Of a DNA stretch of 64,000 bases, positions 10,476-20,139 are shown piece after piece. Made by a program: the position numbers and the translations under genes. The first letter of the stretch is position 1, and every line of letters begins with the position of its first letter. The stretch is from Nitrospirales bacterium (GTDB lineage: Bacteria; Nitrospirota; Nitrospiria; Nitrospirales; UBA8639): the NCBI GenBank assembly GCA_965223295.1, contig CBDCWC010000003.1:256001-320000 (forward strand). The letters are read 5' to 3'. The notes below the pieces were generated by a model, which ran no database searches, was not told the DNA's origin, and saw only the letters and a program-made list of their open reading frames with translations.

Positions 10476-10730
10476 GCAGACATTCTTCTAGTCCCCATAC
10501 GAACATTCATTCCAGACGCTGTTCCTTCAAAGTTATACGAGGCAATGGCAAGCGGAAGACCAATTGTATTAATTGCGACTGGTGAACCTGCAGAAATAGT
10601 CCAAAATCATCAAGCAGGAATCGTCGTAGAGTCCGGAGACGAGGAAGGATTTATCGAGGCGCTGAAAACACTGCATGCTAAACCTGAGCTTCGTCGGATC
10701 TTCTGCTCCTTTCATCGAGAGGCAATATAG
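10476..10730 (+). pseudogene. C-terminal fragment of a GT4 (WbuB-like) glycosyltransferase
   Basis: AVPSKLYEAMASGRPIVL closely parallels AVPSKLYEAMACGRPVIL of 20140..21351. The N-terminal part is missing; the fragment begins at the MITE end. Confidence 0.85.
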
Positions 10731-10913
10731 CGCAGAAGAGTTCACTTACCGATGATTAGGGTCCATTACTCCATTAGGTCTTCAAGACCAATATGGTTCC
10801 GATAAATGTTGTCACAAAGGACCTTACGCACAATAAATTGAAAAGTGAGAGTGTTCCTATCCACGTAATCTGAAGATGCAAAGGGAACCCCGATCCTTCA
10901 AAATCCTTCAACA

Positions 10914-12047
10914 ATGATTCTGAGAACGATGGCTTGGCAAAAACAGTTAACATTTTGGAGTTGTTTAGTTTTGATTGGACTAACCATACCCCTCATTCTT
11001 TTTGAGTTTTTACTGCGTGTGCTACCGGTCTGCGACGCTACACACAGGTTGCCTGTTAATGAAGGAAATCCTATTTTACGCTTTGAACCTAACAGACAAC
11101 TAGTTTGGTCAAAAGGATGGAATTTCTCCATAGTGAATGAATTAAGAACCAATAACTTCGGTTTTCTGAGCCAGATTGACTACGATAAAGATGCCACGAC
11201 TCCCTTACTTGCCATAGTAGGTGATAGCTATGTAGAAGCTGTTATGGTGCCTTTTAAGGAGACGGCAGCGGGAAGATTAGCAGATCAATTAGGCGATCAG
11301 GCTCGGGCTTATTCTTTTGGTGTATCCGGTGCTCCGTTGAGCCAGTATCTTGCCTATTCTGAGTTTGTGAGAAACACATTCCAGCCTGCAGCCATGATAA
11401 TAGTAATTGTAGGGAATGATTTTGATGAAAGCTTGAAGAAATATAAGTCTAAGCCTGGATACCACTATTTTTTCGAAAACAGCAATGGAGAGCTAAGGCT
11501 AGAAAGGATGGATTATTCTCCTCCTTTCTGGAAAAGATTTTTCAGGGAATCTACACTATTTAGGTATTTAGCAATTAATCTTGGATTACAAGCTCGTTTA
11601 CAGCGCTTTAACACTCTCCTCTCACCCAAAGAGGAGTATGTACAATTTGTTGGCAATACTTCTTCCAGTTCAAGTCCAACTCGCATTGCGGACTCAAAAC
11701 TCGCAATTCACGCTTTTCTAAATATGCTGCCTGCTACATCTGGGCTTAGTCCGAACCAAATCGTTTTTGTTATCGACGGAAGACGTCCTCACCTTTATGA
11801 GGATAGCCACCTAAAGCTTACTGAAAGCAGTTATTTTTCTGTTATGCGTCGTTATTTCATCGAAAATGCGACTGCGATCGGTTATGAGACTATTGATATG
11901 GAACCGATTTTTCGAGATCATTACAAGCAGCATGGTAGGCGGTTTGAGTACCCAGACGATGGACATTGGAACTCATTAGGGCATGCCTTGTGCTTTGAAG
12001 CTATTACCGATTCCAGAGTATTTATTAGATTCACAAATACTATGTAA
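10914..12047 (+). CDS. Membrane-anchored SGNH-family protein (putative polysaccharide O-acetyltransferase/esterase)
   Basis: N-terminal TM helix, block I IVGDSYVE, GVSG, GNDF and DGHWNSLGH (DxxH). Confidence 0.8.
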   Translation: MILRTMAWQKQLTFWSCLVLIGLTIPLILFEFLLRVLPVCDATHRLPVNEGNPILRFEPNRQLVWSKGWNFSIVNELRTNNFGFLSQIDYDKDATTPLLAIVGDSYVEAVMVPFKETAAGRLADQLGDQARAYSFGVSGAPLSQYLAYSEFVRNTFQPAAMIIVIVGNDFDESLKKYKSKPGYHYFFENSNGELRLERMDYSPPFWKRFFRESTLFRYLAINLGLQARLQRFNTLLSPKEEYVQFVGNTSSSSSPTRIADSKLAIHAFLNMLPATSGLSPNQIVFVIDGRRPHLYEDSHLKLTESSYFSVMRRYFIENATAIGYETIDMEPIFRDHYKQHGRRFEYPDDGHWNSLGHALCFEAITDSRVFIRFTNTM

Positions 12048-12087
12048 GCTTCCCGTAATCTTGGACTTCCCTCGTTTCTGTGGACAC

Positions 12088-12678
12088 TCAACCTAGTTGT
12101 GCCCGCTGCTGCTCATACGCTATTGGGCTGATATTTCCGAGGTGTTGATGGCTTCTTGCTCGATTATAAAACACCTCAATATAATCGAATAGTTCAGCTC
12201 TCGCAGCTTCACGAGTTTTGAAGATGTGCCGGCGTATTTTCTCCTTCTTGAGACTGCTGAAGCAGGACTCGACTGCCGCGTTATCATAACAGTTGCCTCG
12301 GCGACTCATGCTCGGGAGCAGGCCATGTGTTTGACAGAACCGAGTCCATTCATCGCTACTGTATTGCGACCCCTGATCCGAGTGAATTATGACATCATGC
12401 CTGGGCTTGCGTCGCCAAATAGCCATCAGTAAGGCGTCCAACACAATCTCCTTGGCCAAGGTGGGCTTCATCGACCAGCCGATGATTCGTCGGGAGTAAA
12501 GATCCATCACCACGGCCAAGTAGAGCCACCCCTCATACGTCCGAATATACGTGATGTCGGTCACCCAAGCATGATCCGGCCGGTCTTTCGAAAACTGTCG
12601 CTACAAACGATTCGGTGCTGCCATTGCCGGCTTGTTGTAGCGCACGCCTGGCTTTTTATATCCACGCTGGGCGCGTAT
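12088..12678 (-). pseudogene. Outer IS3 OrfB C-terminal fragment (integrase core)
   Basis: WVTDITY...HSDQGSQY...CYDNAAVES; in-frame TAG at 12601-12603. Confidence 0.88.
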
Positions 12679-12717
12679 TGACGTGCCCCCAGTGATTGTT
12701 CCAGTGTGCATGCAGCT

Positions 12718-13560
12718 TTAAGCGCATTTTGGAATTAATGCCTCAGGGGTTGGTGGTTTGTATCCTAAAGCGCTATGGGGACGCACCTGCTTATAGTGTT
12801 GCCGCCACCATTCGATGAGCACTTGCGCTTCCCGGAGCGTATAGAAGATTTCCCCGTTCAAGAGCTCATCCCGCAGTTTGCCATTCAAACTCTCATTATA
12901 GCCATTCTCCCAGGGGCTGCCTGGTTCGATAAACAAGGTGCCGACCCCTAGCTGGGCGAGCCATTGTCGAACAGCCTTCGCGGTAAATTCTGGGCCGTTA
13001 TCCGAACGAATATATCCCGGACAACCGTGCTGCAGAAACAGCTCAGCCAGCCGATGTAGCACATCATCGGCTCGAAGATGCCGAGCGACCTCAATAGCCA
13101 AACATTCTCGGGTATATTCATCGACAATGGTCAGCAAGCGTACCGGGCGACCATCATGGGTCCGCGTGGCCACAAAATCGTAGGCCCAGACATGATTTGG
13201 ATGTTGAGGCTGGAGCCGCACACAGGAGTCCTTGTTGATCCAGAGTCGCCCCCGTTTGGGTTGCTTCTTCGGCACTTTTAAGCCTTCCCGCCGCCAAATC
13301 CGTTCCACGCGTTTATGATTCACGTGCCAGCCCTCGACTCGAACCAACGCGGTGATGCGTCGGTAGCCATAGCGCCCATACTTTCGAGCCAGCCGCACAA
13401 TCGTTTTAGTTAACGCTTCTTCGTCCCCTCGGACCTGAGCCTGATACCGCTGTGTCGATCGAGGTTGCCCCAGCACCTGGCACGTCCGCCGTTCCGCCAC
13501 CCTCAGTCGTTGCCCAATGGTGTGAACGGCTCGGCGGCGTCGGGTGGGGCTTAGAAGTTT
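12718..13560 (-). CDS. IS3 transposase OrfB (probably expressed by -1 frameshift)
   Basis: [38 protein letters not shown]; frame open up to the GGGAAAC site. Confidence 0.9.
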   Translation of the reverse strand, partial: KLLSPTRRRRAVHTIGQRLRVAERRTCQVLGQPRSTQRYQAQVRGDEEALTKTIVRLARKYGRYGYRRITALVRVEGWHVNHKRVERIWRREGLKVPKKQPKRGRLWINKDSCVRLQPQHPNHVWAYDFVATRTHDGRPVRLLTIVDEYTRECLAIEVARHLRADDVLHRLAELFLQHGCPGYIRSDNGPEFTAKAVRQWLAQLGVGTLFIEPGSPWENGYNESLNGKLRDELLNGEIFYTLREAQVLIEWWRQHYKQVRPHSALGYKPPTPEALIPKCA

Positions 13561-13829
13561 CCCTCAGCTGCTTCCTTCAGAATCAATTTATCCAGGGTGA
13601 GATCTGCCACGGCTCGCTTCAAGCGGGCATTCTCGCGCTCCAAGTCTTTGAGTCGTTTCGCCTGATCAAGTTTCAGTCCACCATATTCCTGCCGCCACCG
13701 ATAGTAGGTGGGATCGGTGATATTCCACTTCCGACAAATGTCTTTGACGGTCTGCCCTTGCCCCAACAGGACCTCCGCTTCCCGCAGTTTGTGAATGATT
13801 TGTTCAACCGAGTACTTCACACGTGCCAT
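13551..13829 (-). CDS. IS3 transposase OrfA
   Basis: [19 protein letters not shown]...EAAEGNF; RBS GGAGG; G GGA AAC slippery heptamer at the end. Confidence 0.9.
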   Translation of the reverse strand: MARVKYSVEQIIHKLREAEVLLGQGQTVKDICRKWNITDPTYYRWRQEYGGLKLDQAKRLKDLERENARLKRAVADLTLDKLILKEAAEGNF

Positions 13830-14194
13830 GATACCCTCCTTTTTTATATGCCCTAGCCTGTAACATAGGCCTCGGAGCCGTTTAAAGGGGGCACGCCAGT
13901 ATCTTGTGACGCTGCATGATCTTGGCAATCCGGTTCTTGCCCACGCACTCACCCACCTCGCGTAGATCGCAAAGAATGCGGGGGGACCCATACGTGCGGC
14001 CACTCGCTTCATACGACTCCCGAATGAGTCCCAGCAAACGATCATCGTCTTGAGACCGTTGTGAGGGAGGGCGCTCCAACCATGCATCATAGCCACTGCG
14101 CGAGACCCCAAATAGGCGACACATCGGCTGGATCGCGTACCGGTTGTGATGTTGCAAGATGAACGCGTACCTCACGCCGGGTTTTTCGCGAAGT

Positions 14195-15520
14195 GGGCCT
14201 GTAAGATTAAGTGTGTAACTGGTTATCATAACGGATTTTTCAGAAGGAGAACATGATGACCAAGCCAAACACAAAAACCGATGCGTTATTGGATGACTTA
14301 TTAAAAGACTGTGAGTCGCCCGAAGATATTCTGGGGGAACATGGCCTTTTGAAGGATTTAACCAAACGGCTCGTGGAACGGGCGTTGACAGCTGAATTGA
14401 CGAATCATCTGGGCTATCCCCCTTATGCCCGAGGCCTTTCTCAGGGTGGGAACACTCGGAATGGGACGAGCTCGAAAATCATTCAAACGGACCAAGGGCC
14501 GGTCGAACTGGCCGTCCCCCGAGATCGTGCGGGCACGTTTGAACCCACGGTTGTCCCAAAACGGCAACGGCGCTTGGAGGGGTTTGACGACAAAGTGCTG
14601 GCCCTCTATGCCCATGGGTTGACCACGCGGGAAATTCAAAGTCATCTGGAAGACTTGTATGGAACTGAAGTCTCGCCCACACTGATTTCGACGATCGCCG
14701 ATGCCGTCTTAGAAGATGTGCGGCTCTGGCAGAGTCGGCCTTTGGAGATGGTGTATCCCATCCTGTATTTCGATTGCCTATTTGTGAAATCGCGGCATGA
14801 GGGGGCCGTCAAAACCAAAGCCGTGTATGTCGCCCTCGGCGTGACACTCACGGGAGAGAAGGAACTGCTCGGGCTCTGGGTCAGTGAAACCGAAGGAGCC
14901 AAGTTTTGGTTAGCGGTGTTCACGGAATTGCAACAGCGAGGCGTACAGGATTGCTTTGTCGCTTGTGTCGATGGGCTGATCGGGTTACCCGAAGCCTTAG
15001 AAACCATCTTTCCCCAGACACAGGTGCAACTCTGCATTGTCCATAAAGTGCGCCACGCTTTACGGTACGTGGTCTGGAAAGAACGTCGCCCTGTTGCCCG
15101 CGATTTACGAGCGATCTATGGAGCGCCCACTCTTTCAGAAGCCGAAGACGCCTTGGAGAACTTTGCTCAACTGTGGGATCAAAAATATCCCACCATTAGT
15201 GCCAGTTGGCGACGAGACTGGAAGCGACTGACGGTGTTCTTCGACTATCCGTCCGAGATTCGGAAAGTGATCTATACCACGAACGCGATTGAATCGCTCA
15301 ATTATTCATTGCGGAAGGTGCTAAAAAAAACGGGGGGCGTTTCCGACGGATGAAGCCATTCTCAAAGTCCTCTATCTCGGAATGCAGCGGATTGCCAAAA
15401 AATGGACCGTACCCATTCCCGAGTGGAAACGCGCCCTCAATCAATTTGCCATGATTGTTGGAGACCGCGTGCCCATAATTGATTAACCACGATCAGTTAC
15501 ACAGATAACTTGACAGGCCC
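14195..15520 (+). mobile_element. Nested IS256-family element (1326 bp)
   Basis: IRs GGGCCTGTAAGATTAAGTGTGTAACTG / CAGTTACACAGATAACTTGACAGGCCC; 8-bp target duplication CGCGAAGT (14187-14194 and 15521-15528). Confidence 0.95.
14253..15486 (+). pseudogene. IS256 transposase with +1 frameshift in an A8 run near 15323-15330
   Basis: PRDRAGTFEP, YPILYFD, QLCIVH, IYTTNAIESLN. Removing one A restores RGAFPTDEAILKVLYL...VPIID* ending at 15486. Confidence 0.88.
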
Positions 15521-15528
15521 CGCGAAGT

Positions 15529-15789
15529 ACGCGGCTGCTTTTTTAGGATGTCTCGCTCGTCCTGGGCCCGGCGAAGTTCAGCCTTCAGCGTCAGATTCTC
15601 GCGTCGAACTTCTTTGAGCTCTGCCTCATAGCGATCCGTGGCGTTGGGGCTATACACCTTGACCCACTTGTATAGGCTTTGCACTGAAATCCCTAATCGC
15701 TTGGCGACATCGCCAACGGTGTAGCCGCGTTCGATGACTTGCTTCACCGCCTCTTCTTTGAACTCATCGGCAAATCGACTCTTGCTCAT
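15529..15789 (-). pseudogene. Outer IS3 OrfA, cut at its 3' end by IS256
   Basis: MSKSRFADEFKEEAVKQV...ERDILKK HTH protein. Confidence 0.85.
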
Positions 15790-15992
15790 CCCCTGCCCTC
15801 CCATGCTTTATTGTTAAGTATAAGAGTGTCTACCGATTCGAAGGAAGTCCAATTGAGCAATACAACATCATTAAATCGTTTCATTTAATGTGCAAAAACT
15901 GTATGCCTCAGCCTTCACATACGACTGTCTAGAACTGGAGTATTTTGCTCTAAAAACTAGTAATTATTTGAATTCTCTATAATTTCTATTTT

Positions 15993-16009
15993 ACGGCGTA
16001 GAATTTGCA
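15993..16009 (+). promoter_or_regulatory. Putative sigma-54 promoter upstream of the lyase gene
   Basis: ACGGCGTAGAATTTGCA has GG-N10-GC spacing and TTGCA, with an AT-rich upstream region, ~210 bp before ATG 16217. Confidence 0.3.
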
Positions 16010-16216
16010 AGATGAACAAGCGATTTAACTCAAAACCAAAAGGCCGCGTTTAATTTGAGCTTTTGAAACAAGTACAAAATATAAGTACCCTATAGAAGTG
16101 TAACAAGAGAGATATTATGAAAACTGAGAGCCTTCAGAGTTCTTCATTAAACTTTTAATCAATTTTTCCGACAAGCCTCCATCAGACGATATAAAACATT
16201 TCCTACAATTGGAATT

Positions 16217-17650
16217 ATGGATACACAAACATTTTTCAGGAGGTTTTTGATGCCCTACGCTTTTAGCTCACTTTTAGCAATATTGTTTTTGACTTCAATT
16301 GTGTCATATGCGAATGCTCAAACACTTGCATTTCCTGGCGCTGAAGGATTTGGCCGATTTGCGAAGGGAGGTCGTGGAGGGAGGGTTATCGAGGTAACCA
16401 ATTGGAATAATTCCGGAGCCGGCAGCTTGCGTGCTGCCCTTGAGGCATCTGGACCGCGTACGATCGTGTTTCGGGTAGGTGGAACTATCAATCTCTCTGA
16501 CAGAATCACGATTGTTAACCCATTCGTCACGATCGCTGGTCAAACTGCTCCCGGTGGGGGAATTCAGTTGAAAGGAGGCGGACTTAGAGTAAGAACAAAC
16601 GACGTAATTATTCGCCACATTCGAGTTCGCCCTGGCCCAACAGCGCCAAACCCTGAATCACATAATGCCCTTAACATAGTAAGCTCGGCAAGCCATGACG
16701 TGATCATAGACCATGTCTCAATGAGTTGGGCTACAGATCAGGTGAATGGCGTGGGTGGGTTAGGAGGGCCGTCGAATGTCTCAATCCAATGGAGTTTCAT
16801 TACAGAATCGCTAAACTGTGCAAACCCTCCGCATCCGGATGGCTGCCACGGCAAAGGTTCCTTGATCGGAGGTAGCGGGGACAACCTGTCTTTCCATCAC
16901 AATCTTCTTGCACATCATCCTGATCGGAACCCTTTGGTTACAACTGGAGACATTGATTTCGTCAATAATGTTGTATATTACAATAGCCTAAATGGCACTA
17001 CGTTGTGGCCAGTGGATTCGGTTATAAGAGCCAACCTTTTGCATAATAAGTATATACTCGCCTCAAATCCCATAAAGCCTGACAAGGCACCTGTAAGGCT
17101 TATAGGTGGTGCAACTTTTAACTCAGGGTCAGGTATTTATCTTAAAGGGAACATTCATACGAATGTTCGGCCAGATAACTCAGGTCCCGAAGATAACGTT
17201 ATTAGACGTTCTTCTGGGCCTCCAGATTTCCCAGTGGTTACATCCAGATATACCCATCCTCAAGTAACGACCACGAACGCGTTCCAAGCGGAAATCGATG
17301 TTTTGGCCCAAGCGGGTGCCACCCTTCCAGTTCGAGATTCTGTTGATACACGTATCGTTAATGAAGTTAAGAACAAAACAGGAAAAATCATAAATGACCC
17401 TTCCCAGGTAGGTGGTTATCCAACCTTAGCGTCTGGGTCTCCTCCCACCGATAGTGACCATGATGGAATGCCAAATAGTTGGGAAGTCGCTCAGGGCTTC
17501 AATCCCAACAATGCCTCCGATGGCCCACAAGATGCGGATGGAGATGGCTACACAAATCTAGAAGAGTTTCTCAACAACACTTCTTCAGGCTCTGGAGATA
17601 ATAGTGCACCCAATGCACCGACGAATCTCAGAACAATAACTCAGAATTGA
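16217..17650 (+). CDS. Secreted pectate-lyase-like (PL1-type beta-helix) protein
   Basis: Signal peptide; AFPGAEGFG..GGRGG, TIAGQTAPG, IIDHVSMSW, HHNL...RNP; C-terminal DSDHDGMP / DADGDGYTNLEE Ca-binding-like motifs. Confidence 0.9.
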   Translation: MDTQTFFRRFLMPYAFSSLLAILFLTSIVSYANAQTLAFPGAEGFGRFAKGGRGGRVIEVTNWNNSGAGSLRAALEASGPRTIVFRVGGTINLSDRITIVNPFVTIAGQTAPGGGIQLKGGGLRVRTNDVIIRHIRVRPGPTAPNPESHNALNIVSSASHDVIIDHVSMSWATDQVNGVGGLGGPSNVSIQWSFITESLNCANPPHPDGCHGKGSLIGGSGDNLSFHHNLLAHHPDRNPLVTTGDIDFVNNVVYYNSLNGTTLWPVDSVIRANLLHNKYILASNPIKPDKAPVRLIGGATFNSGSGIYLKGNIHTNVRPDNSGPEDNVIRRSSGPPDFPVVTSRYTHPQVTTTNAFQAEIDVLAQAGATLPVRDSVDTRIVNEVKNKTGKIINDPSQVGGYPTLASGSPPTDSDHDGMPNSWEVAQGFNPNNASDGPQDADGDGYTNLEEFLNNTSSGSGDNSAPNAPTNLRTITQN

Positions 17651-17693
17651 GAATTGCACAACCATACGGCTCATCTCATAACAGGCAAAAACA

Positions 17694-18695
17694 TTAGAAA
17701 TTATATGGTGAGAAAGCTTTATCGCAAGTTTTCTTGATCTGTATGAATACAGTCTCTGGAGGATTTCTAACTTTTTGAATCCCTTTACATACACAGGCCC
17801 GAGCAAAACAAAAGGATGAGTTTTTTTGTCGCTCGAATTGCTTTCGAATCACCTGGAATTGTGCTGAGTAGTGGGGAAACGTTTTTTCGAGTGCAGCAAG
17901 TTGGGTAATATGAACAGAATGATAGTAAGGACTAGCAATGGAACCAGAAAGGTCGTAACACGACCAATACCCAGCATTGTACTTAGGCAAATATTTGACA
18001 AGAGTGCCTAAGGTAACATCCAAAACTTTTGTATCATCAGGTCCCTCAGCGAGAATTAACCAGTCATATAACCCATATAGAGCACTTATCCAGCCATTAA
18101 GCACACTATTGGGTACATGTCGTGGGTATTCCTCGAGTATCAATCCCTCGGTAACAGCCCTGCAAGTGCCTCCTTCCTGTAGTGATTGAAGCATAAATTG
18201 GACGCCACGACGAGCTGCTTCTTTATATGCAGTATCCAATGTTTCCACGAATGCCCGCACAAGGACCGAGATAGCCTGTCCCTGTGCCAATGCAGAGTAC
18301 GGAACCGTATACACTGGTTTCTGCATGGACAACAGCTTCCATGCACCTTGGGGTTCTTGAGATGCAACAAACCAACGAGCAAGTTGTAAAAATTTTTCTC
18401 TATGTTTTTCTTCATTTTTCGAACTTTGCAACCAACAACTCCAATGACCAAGAGCTTTTTGTGCTAGAAGAATTGGGTGGTGGAACGGCTTCCCATTTGG
18501 CTCTTGAACAAGGGGAAGACCTTGATGATCAACAGTCCCATTCCACTCTGCCTTTGACGAATAGTCTCGATAATAGTCCTGCAACTCTCCAGGTTTAAAC
18601 AGAGGAGATAGGCCGTAGGCAGCATGCCAGTAACTGCGCCCGCCAAACATCCGAAACCAATGCCCAAATAAAGCTTTATAGTAAAGAAATCGCAC
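17694..18695 (-). CDS. D-glucuronyl C5-epimerase family protein
   Basis: YSALAQGQAISVLVRA, LEEYP, VLNGWISALYGLYD, YDL...YHSVHITQL match the C5-epimerase C-terminal domain motifs. Confidence 0.88.
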   Translation of the reverse strand: MRFLYYKALFGHWFRMFGGRSYWHAAYGLSPLFKPGELQDYYRDYSSKAEWNGTVDHQGLPLVQEPNGKPFHHPILLAQKALGHWSCWLQSSKNEEKHREKFLQLARWFVASQEPQGAWKLLSMQKPVYTVPYSALAQGQAISVLVRAFVETLDTAYKEAARRGVQFMLQSLQEGGTCRAVTEGLILEEYPRHVPNSVLNGWISALYGLYDWLILAEGPDDTKVLDVTLGTLVKYLPKYNAGYWSCYDLSGSIASPYYHSVHITQLAALEKTFPHYSAQFQVIRKQFERQKNSSFCFARACVCKGIQKVRNPPETVFIQIKKTCDKAFSPYNF

Positions 18696-18844
18696 TAAAT
18701 TGCTCTTGTTCGTTGTTAAAACATTTTTTCCTGTTACGAATTCCTACAATGAGGTTTTTCACGTCATGTCACTTGCTACCTCAAGAATGGCCACGTAGGC
18801 TTATACCTCGTATTAGGTTCAACATTGTTATTGACTTAACATGC

Positions 18845-20113
18845 TTACAACACTCCTTGTAAAATAGCATTCAGTTGTTTTGATATCTGGGGCCATTGGT
18901 ACAGTTCAGTCTCTTGAGGGCGGTCAAATACCCGCACCATAGCTTCTCGAATAAAGGATGTAATGCCACAAATATCATCCCCCGTAAAACTTTGACCCAT
19001 TTCATCGTTCTTAAGAATTACTTCGATATCACTTCCTGAAGGTGCGATCGACAGAATTCGTGTTCCCAAGCCCAGTGCTTCAAAAACCTTGCTCGTCACA
19101 ATGCCTTTGTCTTCCATAGTGGCATTTTCCGCGACTGACGTCACAACAACAGCAAGATTTGCGCCGCAGATGGCAGAAAGAGCATCGACTCTGGGGACAT
19201 TTCCGTGAAATACCACACGATCTAGTATTCCAAAACGTTGAGCTTCTGTCCGGACATGGTCTACCGATGGACCAAAGTAATGAAAAGCCCAAGGATGTGC
19301 TGTTTCATCATAAGCATCCTTCAGTCGACTAAGCGCAGCCATCACAGGTGAAATCAAACGCTTCGTTCGATAAAAAACTCCGGTATAAACAATGGAAAAG
19401 TGTTTAAACCTATATGGTTCTATCGTTTCTAATTCTTCAGGATCGTAGCCATTTGTGATGACATGTAGCTTCGGCCCAACACCGAAACGTTTTTCGAGAA
19501 TAGCCCTCCAAGATGGAGACACGATGGTTGCCGCAGAACACCCCTTAAGCAACCGCGCCTCTTCCCGAAAGGTAGCTGCACGAGCCGGGTAGGCGGCATG
19601 AGGGTTACTAGTCCAAGGATCTCGATAATCCAAAACAAAAGGCCGGTTAAGCCTGCTTGCTAAACGCTCAGCAAGCCTAAAAGCTGTAAAGGGTTTTCCT
19701 GTTGCGAGAATCACATCCACGTCTTTTGCGGTCAACGAAGAACACGATTTTTCCGCTGCTTTGTTCCAACCTATAGCGGGATCTATGGCAAATCGGCGCG
19801 CAACCTTTCTGAAGATTCCGCCGATCAGCCAGCCAAGCTTTTGGTTACGGCACTTCAAATCATTCGTCGCTAGATAACGAAATTGATGCCCCGTATCTAT
19901 ACGTTGGATATTTTCTTGCTTCAACTTGTCATCAATCGTGTCGAGAATATCAACGCGCTTCCAAATAGAGGCATGGGGAGTCACGACTGTAACATTCCAC
20001 CCATGTCGAGAAAGATACTTGGCAAAAGCCCAGGTACGAATACATCCTGGGGCATTCAATGGTGGGAATGGCCAAGCCAGGAATAGTAATTTAGGGCCTC
20101 GGGATAAACTCAT
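18845..20113 (-). CDS. Glycosyltransferase family 4-like
   Basis: AWPFPPLN..G..R, DYRDPW, ITNGYD, SKVFEAL. Confidence 0.88.
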   Translation of the reverse strand: MSLSRGPKLLFLAWPFPPLNAPGCIRTWAFAKYLSRHGWNVTVVTPHASIWKRVDILDTIDDKLKQENIQRIDTGHQFRYLATNDLKCRNQKLGWLIGGIFRKVARRFAIDPAIGWNKAAEKSCSSLTAKDVDVILATGKPFTAFRLAERLASRLNRPFVLDYRDPWTSNPHAAYPARAATFREEARLLKGCSAATIVSPSWRAILEKRFGVGPKLHVITNGYDPEELETIEPYRFKHFSIVYTGVFYRTKRLISPVMAALSRLKDAYDETAHPWAFHYFGPSVDHVRTEAQRFGILDRVVFHGNVPRVDALSAICGANLAVVVTSVAENATMEDKGIVTSKVFEALGLGTRILSIAPSGSDIEVILKNDEMGQSFTGDDICGITSFIREAMVRVFDRPQETELYQWPQISKQLNAILQGVL

Positions 20114-20139
20114 TATTTTCTAGATATAGCTTAAGAGAC

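Larger units (their letters stand above)
12679..13898 (-). mobile_element. Nested IS3-family element (1220 bp), apparently intact
   Basis: Ends TGACGTGCCCCC / GGGGGCACGCCA; 4-bp target duplication GTAT (12675-12678 and 13899-13902). Confidence 0.95.
12062..15851 (-). mobile_element. IS3-family element disrupted by two nested IS insertions
   Basis: 26-bp IRs TGGACTTCCCTCGTTTCTGTGGACAC (12062) and TGGACTTCCTTCGAATCGGTAGACAC (from 15851, minus). orfA 15529-15789; orfB pieces ~13903-14186 and 12088-12678. Confidence 0.92.

Noticed and set aside
13830-14274. ORFs 13551..14111 and 13882..14274 as real genes
   Set aside because: They read across IS junctions; the real parts are inner orfA (from 13829) and an outer orfB fragment.
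12055-15860. Target-site duplication for the outer IS3
   Set aside because: Flanks AATCT and ATTGA do not match.
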